From contig OX597836.1 of the NCBI GenBank assembly GCA_951406725.2, forward strand, positions 1,488,001 through 1,552,000: a stretch of DNA of 64,000 bases, written 5' to 3'. Below are positions 53,307 through 64,000 of this stretch, piece by piece. How positions within the stretch are numbered: the stretch's first letter is position 1; each line of letters opens with the position of its first letter. The position numbers and the translations under genes were made by a program. This DNA is from Octopus vulgaris (lineage: Eukaryota). Below the pieces are notes generated by a model. That model searched no databases. It saw only the letters and a program-made list of their open reading frames with translations, and was not told the origin of the DNA.

Positions 53307-55579
53307 TCTCCTCGCTACCTTTTTTGCATTGTGAATATTCAATGCTGGAATGTTAGTTTGATGAAGGAACGAATGATAAAAAAAACACAAACCCAATAAA
53401 ATAAATATAAAGAAACAATTGTTTAAGAATGTAGCCCCCTCCCTCCGCGTCTGTCTATTAAGTGTTAATTACGAGTGTTTACCAGTTCGGGACGTGTTTT
53501 GTTGTCTTTTATTATATTTTTTATTATATTTTTTTTAAGCTGGAGATTAAAACAGGAAAAAAACTAGCGAAATTAGTTTCGAGAATATACGCAACGTGTA
53601 ACATGTGAGGAGAACCGCTTAGGCTGTTGCAGTCACGATCATAAAGTTGCGCTTCGAGTTCGAATCCCAGACGAAGTAGAACGTTATGTTCTTCGGTAAG
53701 GCATTTCATTTCATGTCGTTCCATTTCACTCAACTGAAAATTCGTCGTGGTGGTCACTTTTACCTTTCCAGATGAGAATAATTATGTTCCTGTTTCAGTC
53801 AGGTTTATGAGGATTCTGCATTAAATCAAGCGGATGATCTGCCACAAGAGCAAGACTGCAGTAGGCCCACATTTCTAGATTATTTCCTCATGGATGCCAC
53901 AGATACCAGCTGCCTTCTCGTCCATTGGCTGATTTGCCGCCGTGCGAACTTTGACCATGAATGGTGGATCACTGCTGACTGCCAGGTCGATCACCAAATG
54001 GCGAAGGTATGGTGAAGTGCCTCATTGGATGAGATTTCGCCTATCACTGGCCGACGCCCATCCAATAGGGTTGCCATAGTTACTCGCAAATGGCCAACAT
54101 CAGAGGCAGATGGGAGTAAGCCCTGAAAGAGAGAACATTTCAAGCCCCTACCCCAATAGGTCTCCTCAGGTTGAAGCGGCACTCCCTACACCTAGTAGAT
54201 GACAACTTTGCAGCACCCAGAAGACAACCATTCTGGCGCACATAGTCCTCCGGGGTTATCTCCATTTTGTAGATGAGGCCCAAAAGACTTTACTCCAAAC
54301 GCTGATGTGCGATATATTCGGTCGATGTATTACCCTGGACGAGAGAACTCTATAGGTATGTTTATGCAGTTGTTGCTGTTGAGAGTTGCATGAGGTCGGA
54401 GTGCAAATCCTTCTTCAACGACTTTTAGACGCTTTTTAACAAACAGAGATGAAGCGCTGGGTTTATTCTTTCCCGACAAAGGCCCTCATACCTGACCTGA
54501 TCCTGATCGTGATTTAATCTGATCTGGGAATTACTTGTGTCTGTTGTAGTGTTGCACCTTTCAGGTTACTGACTCAAAATCAATCAAAACTAAGATCTTT
54601 ACAGACTCTTCATGTCTATGTTAAACTACACCATGACTGCATTGGCGCTATTTCACATTTTCACACTGAGTTGAATGCTAGTTTAGGTTGATTTGACTGT
54701 TATCACATGCAAGTCTACTTCTGTGTCATCAAAGCTCTGAATAAAAAGAAAATAACAATCCAAACTTACTTAATATCAGAAAACAAGACAAACCCGTGTC
54801 TTTTGAGGAGACAGCATTTTCAAGCTGCTCCAAGAATTCATAACCTTTCAAGACTCCCGTGTTTCTCACATAGAACTGTCAGAAGAGAATCTTCTAACAC
54901 GTCGGATTATGCTTGTAACAATTGGTTGTTTCAAGAGGAACTATTACTAACCACTTGTTCCATTATTTCTTTCGTGGGCGATTTATATGTAATCGAAGCA
55001 AAAGCAGGCATTTTCAGTATTATTATAAAAATGTAATGCATAATTCATCGCAGATATTGTAAAAATTCTGGAGACGAGAAACTGAATTTGTTTCTCCCTA
55101 TAATTATACAAACACACTAAAGATATACTGCTCCATTATCAGTGAAGCTTAAATAGGAAATGACATAGAAAAAAAAAAAATAATATAGAAATATATATAT
55201 ATGTATATATATATACATACATATATTTGTGTGTGTGTTTATGTTTTTATTTATGCGTATTTATTTTGTTCGTTCGTTAAAATGTTGGCACGAATCACAC
55301 GAGTATGTAAAGTAATGTCGCATATTAAATAATGGCTTCGTTTCCAGAGGCTACGAAGCTCACTCGGCGGACGTAATGTTGAGTGTCAGCCAAATGTAAA
55401 CCTTTCATTTATATCTCAAGGCAATTATTGACTTACAAATATATTTTGGCTATAACAATCTACAGATTCACTGAATGTAACACAGAGCAGGACCGTAAGA
55501 GAGAGAAGAAAAAAAAAACGGGTGCTATATCCCCATATTTTGGGATACCACTCGGAAAAAAAAAAAAAACTATTGACAA

Positions 55580-55840
55580 TTCAGAACGTAACAGCAGACG
55601 AAATACCTATTTCTTTACTACCCACAAGGGGCTAAACACAGAGAGGACAAACAAGGACTGACACACGGATGAAGTCTATTATATCGACCCCAACGCGTAA
55701 CTGGTACTTATTTAATCGACCCCGAAAGGATAAAAGTCAAAGTCGACCTCGGTGGAATTTGAACTCAGAACGTAGTGGCAGACGAAATACTGCAAAGCAT
55801 TGCGCCCTACATGCTAACGTTTCTGCCAGCTCGCCGCCTT
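55580..55840 (-). mobile_element. SINE family A (long-tail variant with the start of a second monomer)
   Basis: GAAATACCTATTTCTTTACTACCCACAAGGGGCTAAACACAGAGAGGAC...CAGCTCGCCGCCTT. Confidence 0.85.
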
Positions 55841-56355
55841 AGAAATAGAGATAGATATTGAAAACAATATAATAAATTAACTAAGGAAAAATATAAAATA
55901 TATAAAAATTATATAAGAAGGTAAGACATTTCAAAGAGCAAAAACTACATCACTAGAACAGATCAAAAATTTTCAATTATGTTTTAAGAATTAAGGATAA
56001 AGTCCTGTTATTAGAGGACGTCCATTCCACGGCCGTTTCTGGAGTACATTTTCAGTAAGGTCAATAGTTCAAAAGTTTATTTACACGAATGAGTTAATCT
56101 CTAGAAATTTTCACCTTACCGAAAATGTACTCCAGAAACGGCCGTGGAATGGACTTCCTCTAATAACAGGACTATATGCTTAATTGTTAATCCTTAATTG
56201 TAAATTTTTGATCAGTTCTATTAATATAAGTTTTTCTCTCTGAACTGCCTTACTTTCCTATATATATATAATTTTTATTCATATATTTATATATGTTGTA
56301 TCTTTTTCTGTATAAGTATTTTATCATTTTATTTTCAATATCTGTGTCTATTTCT
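55841..56355. repeat. Long imperfect inverted repeat (~220/240-bp arms, ~51-bp spacer)
   Basis: Inner arms 56001..56061 and 56113..56173 differ at only 2 of 61 positions. Outer arms align out to AGAAATAGAGATAGATATTGAAAA / TTTTCAATATCTGTGTCTATTTCT. Confidence 0.92.
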
Positions 56356-56454
56356 GTTAATATGTTCTTTTTCGTTTGCACTCAGCATATTTATATCACA
56401 AATATTTTTACGTTCTTGTAATTAATATTTTCACTAATATATTTATATGTTATG

Positions 56455-56535
<81 letters not shown>

Positions 56536-56546
56536 ATATATGTATG

Positions 56547-56606
<60 letters not shown>

Positions 56607-56800
56607 GGTTTATATTGATCTGTAGCAATATCTAAAAAATTTTACGTTTATGTTTCCGTTTGGGAATTCACTGATTGACCTAAACTTCGATTATCGTTCG
56701 CCCCGGACTCATTTCGAGCACTTCTCAGTTACAATCCATATACCTCGAGAGAAAGACTTAATAGTATAATAGTATACACAAATATATAAGCAGGAATATG

Positions 56801-56857
<57 letters not shown>

Positions 56858-57349
56858 TTCTTACTCCATTATATATATATAAATGTGTGTGAGAGAGAGA
56901 CAGAGAGACAGAAAGACAGAGAAAGAGATTGTGTGTGTGCGTGTGTGTTTGTGTGTGTGTGTGTGTGTGGGTGGGTGTGTGTATGCGCATATAGCCCCAT
57001 TATCTATATTTCTATCTTCGATCACATCGTTTGCATAAAGGTATTTTTTATACAAAACGTATTTATACAAAGCTTTCAAAGTTGACTTTAATTTCTATAG
57101 AAAATCTATGGAGATAACTTTAAAAAGGGGTCAATTCGTGCTGTTAATACAGGGGAAGCACAGCATGGGCATATAAGCCATTCATATACTTGGTCGTATA
57201 TTATGGTTCCATAACAAAATACAGTGTCTCTACCAGTAATTAATGCCTATGTACCAGTTGCTAGGATTGTGTTTAGACACAAAAATTGGTACATTCAGTT
57301 GTGTAACTGGCTTTTAAAGCAATATGTTCAAGGATGGTTAAGAGGGTTG

Positions 57350-57403
57350 GATGTGGTCCCGAAGAAGGAGCAATGACTCCGGAAATGTGCATATACACCC
57401 ATC
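57350..57403 (+). ncRNA. Degenerate type-I hammerhead-like motif in a Penelope-like terminal region (~56990..57600)
   Basis: GATGTGGTC-CCGAAGA-A-GGAG-CAATGA-CTCC-G-GAAA-TG-TGCA-TATA-CACCCATC: imperfect stem I, CYGANGA, stem II GGAG/CTCC, near-palindromic stem III. Confidence 0.5.
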
Positions 57404-57620
57404 ACCTATTTTTTTCTGTCTTTTCTATTGGCGTTAAGCAACTTCAATATTCTTACGTATTCATCTTTAACACAATAAAGTGTTCCCGGTTGATCTACTG
57501 TGGGTGAGTATTCGGAACCCTTATTGTTAGGGACCCGCAGAACTATAATGAGGAAATGCCTGAAAGAGCTATTATATATAAAACCTGTGTTGATACTCAT
57601 TTCTTCTCTCTCTCTCTCTC

Positions 57621-57691
<71 letters not shown>

Positions 57692-58183
57692 AACTTGTGA
57701 ACTTGGTTTGGAAGATGCTTGCTGTGGAATTGTCTTCGAGCAGATGTTCTGTTAGGGAAGAATAGGTATATATACATATAATGGTGGTAGTGGTGGGGTG
57801 ATCGAATTGTTAACACGTATAGAAGAACAATCAATCACGTGACTACAGACCTAAGCTCTGACTAAATCACTCAGACACACAGAAAAGAATCTGAAAGCCA
57901 AACGGAACACGCCCACCCCACACACATATTCTAAAAGCTTCAAATATAATTATACAACGCAGTATAACCTGTTTCGATTCGTTGCAATATATTTGAAACA
58001 GAAGGACGTGCGTCATTGATGAGGTTGCGATTGGCAACAAAAGAACTTTGAGAAATCAATTGATTAATTCATCAGTTACTTTGGTTAATTAGTTAACTAG
58101 TTTACTAGTTGACTAGTAATAATAAAGAAACAGAGAAGCAAAGCAGGAGCGTTGAGTGTTCTCACTGGCAAAATGCCGCTCCT

Positions 58184-58310
58184 TACACACACGATTCTAC
58201 TCACTAAATATACATACATCTACACACACACGATTCTACTCACTAAATATACATACATCTACACACACACGATTCTACTCACTAAATATACATACATCTA
58301 CACACACACA
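58184..58310. repeat. 39-bp minisatellite, 3 copies
   Basis: CGATTCTACTCACTAAATATACATACATCTACACACACA starts at 58192, 58231 and 58270. Confidence 0.95.
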
Positions 58311-58581
58311 CTTCATGCGTGTGTGTATAAATAATAAATCATAGAACTTCAAACGATCATCGTGCTAAGTGTTGACGGGGAAAACGTCAAGTCTACATTT
58401 ATTTCATGTATTGAGTATTCAATTCAAAAGAAGACAAATTCAATAAATGAGCCACATTCAGCGACGTTACTTTGATAGAATGGAATAATATAATATGCTA
58501 CACTATATAATTTAATATAAAACAATGTAAAATAATATCATATAATGTAATGTAATATGAAATAAACTATGATATAATATG

Positions 58582-58634
<53 letters not shown>

Positions 58635-58879
58635 GAGATGCTGAGAGATTTTTCAACTAACTTTACAGCCTGAGTTCAAATGCCGACAGGATCGACTTTG
58701 CCATTCGGGGTGGATAGAATAAATACCCGTTAAACACTGGAGTCGATGTAACATACACGCACACACATATAAAGATATATATAGATATATAGTTATATAT
58801 ACACACGCACATCTATAATAACAGACGCGGATATATATTTTGATCAGTCTTTCTTCTCTTTAATTGTAATTATTTCGCT

Positions 58880-59160
58880 TTTTCCGTGTAGACTTATTTC
58901 CTACCCTTTTTAGAATTTTGATCTTTACTGGACACAGGTTTTAGTTCTTCCAAAATATGTTTCCAGTTTCATAATTGATTCCCCCAATTTTATAGCCCAT
59001 GGTTACATATTTACATCTGTACTTGTTTTATTGTTATTAATCTATTTTTTATGGTGTTAGAGTGATATGTTTCTAATTAACACCAGTAAAAATCTATAGT
59101 ACTGCAGGTCACTAAACTGTTGTACTGCCTCTCCTAGGCAGCAAGGGGCGATTGGAATTG
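58880..59160 (-). pseudogene. Possible Penelope-like GIY-YIG endonuclease remnant
   Basis: Weak motif resemblance only ('SNTIKNR', 'NWKHILEELKP'). Confidence 0.25.
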
Positions 59161-59806
59161 CACCGCATACTTCAATCGATCTCTCAATAATAAGTGAAGG
59201 TTCTTAAACCGAATGAACGGTCCCTTCATTCGTCTCTTTATTTTCTTTCTCTTTAAACATGTTTTCGTCCTTCTATTCAATTTTTAGACTTCACCCCACT
59301 TCTGACCTTCACCTCATATGCCTTTAAATCTTTCCCCGTATTCACCTTTCCATTAGTGTTTGTTCCTGTAATCCCCTGTATTTTTTTATTTATGACTGTA
59401 TAATCTTAAACATGCGGTCGGCAAACAGAGCAATCCGATTTGCTAATTCCTCGTCAGACGAGGATCTCTGAATATTCCTGTTCCTGGCATTTCACGTTTC
59501 ATGCTTCATACCAGTCGTTGCTAGTTTTGGTTTATTGCATTTTTATTTATTTTCCTATAATTATTGCCTTATTATATACGCCTCCTCGCATGATGTCTAT
59601 TCTAGCATCGACCATTCGCCGGATCTTAATGTTACGTGGCTGTGTGGTAAGAAGATTGTTTCCCAACCACATGGTTCCGAATTCAGTCTCACTGCATGGC
59701 ACCTTGGGTTTGTCGCTTCTACTATTGCTTTGGGCCGACCAAAGCCTTATGAGTGGATTTGGTAGAGGAAAACTGGAGGAAACTCGTCGTATAAACATAT
59801 ACATAC

Positions 59807-59884
<78 letters not shown>

Positions 59885-60099
59885 ATATATACTTACATAC
59901 ACACGCACACATATATATATGCATATATATATGTGTGTGTACGTCTGTGTGTCTATACATAACATACATACATATAAACACACATATGTACATACAAACA
60001 TACACGTATGTAAACATATTTTCTTAGTGGGTATATCGTATTTTTTTCGGGTACAACAAAATACATAAATCGATGTGTCATTTTTCTTGATGGCAACAT

Positions 60100-60700
60100 C
60101 GTGTGGGAGCTAAAGGCAGATTTGTCTCCAATGTAGAGCAGCTGAAACGATCAATTAAAATATATGAAAAAAACATGCAGTACATATCACAAACCGAAGC
60201 TGGTATATTAAACTACGGATTATTGCAGCCGCATCTTTTAAAGGGACGAGTGGTGTTTTTCTGATGACGATTTTACAGAAAATAATCCCAGAGAATATCT
60301 AACACTTAGAAAATGAAGCAAGGAACTTCCTTTTATACTCCATGGATTTTAACAATTGCAATATGTGGAACATCTAACGAGCAAGAACTGACGCTCTCGT
60401 TTCGCTTTTTACTGAAATAACCTCTTATTCTTTCTTATAGTTTAATCTAGAGTTCTCGTTACACTGTGATTGAAGAAAGAATTCTAAGCAAAGGCGGAAG
60501 CGCTTTTGATCTTGGATCTTCTATTGAAGAAATACCTGAGGTTAAATGATAATAGAAATGAAAAGAGATACAATCATAAAGAATCTGGTGCCAATTATTA
60601 CGAGTGTTCCCTTGAAAGAAGTACCTTTAAGGAGAGAAGATGAAATTGTTAAACATGTGTGGATCAAGGGCGTATTAAGAGTTTCAGATAACGAAATTTA
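60100..60700 (+). pseudogene. Degenerate pogo/Tigger-like (DDE_1) transposase remnant
   Basis: Motifs in order: 'TEAGILNY' (~60193; cf. DETGLFY), 'ALLILD' (~60501), 'VDQGRIKSF' (~60659; cf. PMDQGVIxxFK). Confidence 0.5.
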
Positions 60701-60822
60701 ATCTCTCACAACCTGCTGCTCGGTAAACATCTAATATTAAGTACACATACAGTGTGATCCTCACTCCTCACCACACATACACTAACACACACGTAACCAC
60801 ATATACGCACAAATAGCCACAC

Positions 60823-60881
<59 letters not shown>

Positions 60882-61104
60882 CCGCGTACGTATCAGAAAT
60901 ACGCAAGCACATTTTACATGCATGCGTGTAAGCATATATAAAGAGAAATATAATTAAAGTGCCACACACGAAACTGTCGGCCCATGAGTCACTCTTTCGC
61001 TTCTGCTACATATTAATAGATATATACATACAATTAAATATATATGTGTGAACACATACAAACGTAGATATACACACACACATGTAGATACACATACAGA
61101 TATA

Positions 61105-61184
<80 letters not shown>

Positions 61185-61541
61185 TACATGTATCTGTGAC
61201 ATTTCTACGTAGCTACATTCGTTCATTCATTTACTCTTTCGAGAAGTGTGTTTGGCGATCAGATCGAGCTTCGTTTCTAGTTTAATTGCTGCCTATTTTC
61301 TCGGTTACTTTAAACCGAATTATCAAGTCAGAGCAATATACACACACCTAATCCGGCTATTCATTACAGAGACAAATAAAACGATGCATACAGACACAAA
61401 CGCATTTAATACATACGCCTCTAAGCACACACACACACACACACACACAAACATATATATATATATATATATACATATATACACATATATATATATATAT
61501 GCTTGAGTCTACTTATCTATTTATTTATCTATCTACCTAGC

Positions 61542-61607
<66 letters not shown>

Positions 61608-62038
61608 CACATATATCTTGATATATACACAAGCTTTGACGTATAGCAAATCACATCTGTGTGTGTACCGCTGTATACATATGATTGTACGTATGTATGT
61701 ATGTATGTATGTATGTATGTATGTATGTATGTATGTATGTATGTATGTATGTATGTATGTATGTATGTATGTATGTATGTATGAATATATGTGTTTGTAA
61801 ATATATGTGTATGCACGCAAGCATGTATGCATATATACACGTAAGCACACACGCACAGATACGAAAACGACCCACAAAATATACGAACATTACATAAAAA
61901 AAGGAAACCACCATAAATTTCCCAACCCCGAAACATTACCCAACCGAAACCAGCGTCATAAAAAGTTAAAATAAAAAACAAACAAACATAAACATGCAAA
62001 ATCAGAACATAAACAATATGTTGACAGTTTTATGATTT

Positions 62039-62171
62039 ACTTCCGGTTCTCCTCAATGCCTCTTCGGTTACTTCACAACTCTTATTCCGGAATGCTTTAA
62101 ACGTACTTTTGTTCCCTATTTATTTATCCTTTTTTTATCTCTCGTCGAAACCATCAGGCTTAACCGGAAGT
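62039..62171. promoter_or_regulatory. Candidate regulatory element with an inverted pair of ETS-type sites
   Basis: ACTTCCGGTT (62039-48) and AACCGGAAGT (62162-71), with the palindrome ATTCCGGAAT (62084-93) between them, in non-repeat sequence. Confidence 0.3.
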
Positions 62172-62569
62172 TGGGGAACGGACACTTTTTTTTTTAAATG
62201 AAAGTTACACATCTGACTGGTGGAAGTGGGAGCCATATTTGATGGAGCTGTGGTGGTGGTGGGGGATGGACGTGTTGTTGTTGTTGTAGGTAGTGATGAT
62301 TGTGGTTGTGATAGGCTCTGTTGGCGTGGTTGGTGGATAACCGAAGAGACAATGGTATACGAGGTATGCCTATTTATGCGGATTAATAGGGACAGTGGTG
62401 GCGCTACTAGTTATTCGGGTTCGGAAGCCGGCTGAAATGGAACTAAGCAAGCCCTATGATCCCAGCCTTTCCAGATGTGGACATCATGTCTTTTCGTCGT
62501 AGAGGACTCGGAATATCATTTTGCAAAATACTATATATATATTTTTTTTTCATAGCATGTATGTATGAG

Positions 62570-62810
62570 GGCGCTTGGCTTCGTCCTTAGGGTCGTTGTA
62601 CTCACGATCGCTAGATTGTGATCTCAGTTTCCAGATCAGATGGTACTCTTGGCCAAAACACTTTATCTGTGATCATTTTGACACGTGTCGCTTGCTACAC
62701 AGTGCATCTATTCAGACAACGTCGATTTGAAGGAGTGAGTGAGCCAATGAATTGTACTAACATTTGGTCACATTTCTGCAGGTCGTCACCGACGGGGGAG
62801 ACGGTCGACC
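62570..62810 (+). mobile_element. Degenerate tRNA-derived SINE (related head at ~53600..53720)
   Basis: GGCGCTTGGCTT...TTAGGGTCGTTGTACTCACGATCG head resembles family D. Confidence 0.4.
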
Positions 62811-62825
62811 ACACACACACACACC

Positions 62826-62872
<47 letters not shown>

Positions 62873-63571
62873 ACCGACACACAGACACACACCGACACAC
62901 ACACACACACATGTATATCTATGGGCAACGTCTCCAACTTCTACCTCCATATTATAATAATTGGTTCACTCTATTTAACGAGCAAGTCTGTAAGTGACAA
63001 TGTGGAATAACTCCAGTTTTTCAGAGGAAGAAATCATTCCGCTAACACGCATATTTCATATATAATCTGTAAATGGAACAGTTAAAATATGTAAGACTTT
63101 ACTGAATTTCAAATTGTAACACTCTTTCTTTATATAAACTTGATATTATTTCTGAACTACTGCCACAACTGGCATGGGCTCACTCTGTCACCTCACAGGG
63201 AATAATCCATTTTATTGTGTCGCTGCCAAAGGAAAAAAAAAAAAAAGATGGATGCTTGCTCGTTGATTTCTTATTTATTTCACGGTGTTTTAATTGTTGC
63301 TCGTTCATTTAAAACCGCCATTATACGTGCATCACTACTGTCTGTGACCCTGAATTTTGACCCCTTTTAAAAACTCATGTGCATAAGGTGCATAAGGTGA
63401 TATGAGCTTATTAATTCAAACATTTATATATATACATATATGTATACATAAGGCTAGCTGGGTTAGAGGTTAAAATAACTGTCTGAAGGATGATGTAAGT
63501 CAATTCTTGTTCATCAACATTTCTTCATTTTATATATATATACTTAACCATTTGAATTAGTAAGCTTGCAT

Positions 63572-63609
<38 letters not shown>

Positions 63610-63663
63610 CATTTTTTATAGTTCTCTCTCTCTCTCTCTCCCTCTCACTATATATATATATAC

Positions 63664-63703
<40 letters not shown>

Positions 63704-64000
63704 CACATGCATATATATATATATTTTTTCAGAAGTTAGTGTTTTTATTGATCTGCCTAATGTGTGTATATGAATGTATATAAATGTGACGGTTGTGTGC
63801 TTAGATGTAGAAACATATCGATGCATATGTGTATTGCGAATGAGAGATTCAGTTGGTAAGTTTAGTATTTACAGAAAAGAAATCTCTCTAATTGAAATAT
63901 TACTAATTGAACACAAAGTCACATTTGTTAATAGAAAACCAGAAATAGGAAACACGGGTTGAATTAAGATTTTATGTTTTCCTTATTGAGATATCATTAA

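Noticed and set aside
54707-55036. Possible host exon (109-aa ORF)
   Set aside because: No recognisable protein motif in any frame and no convincing splice-site pair; short true exons elsewhere cannot be excluded without RNA-seq.
58184-58310. CRISPR-like array
   Set aside because: The repeats are contiguous with no unique spacers, the context is eukaryotic and there are no cas genes.
59440-60027. 195-aa ORF
   Set aside because: It is composed of a family C SINE half plus (TG)/(TA) microsatellite.

Overview
AT-rich, extremely microsatellite-dense eukaryotic DNA. I could not support any intact host protein-coding gene. Almost all ORFs in the track are artefacts of (TA)n, (CA)n, (TATC)n, (TACA)n and triplet repeats. 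The repeat content (several tRNA-derived SINE families, very high SSR load) resembles a coleoid cephalopod (Octopus-like) genome; this is inference, not a database result. The window is an intergenic or intronic transposon graveyard. DNA transposons: a full-length but dead 1247-bp Tc1-like element with DD36E spacing, remnants of hAT-like, mariner-like, pogo/Tigger-like and KRBA2/Ginger2-like elements, two MITEs and a non-autonomous Helitron. Retroelements: fragments of several non-LTR clades (L1/Tx1, R4/Dong, HERO-like, an old RT) and more than 25 SINE copies. The most interesting signals are RNA-structural. (1) Several minimal type-I hammerhead-ribozyme-like motifs and near-perfect fold-back hairpins sit in short units embedded in (TA)n arrays, probably Penelope-like element termini. 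(2) A HERO-like LINE 3' UTR carries all hammerhead core pieces in a non-canonical order. (3) A ~515-bp inverted repeat has a near-perfect inner part and much more diverged outer arms. Coordinates of degenerate elements are approximate.
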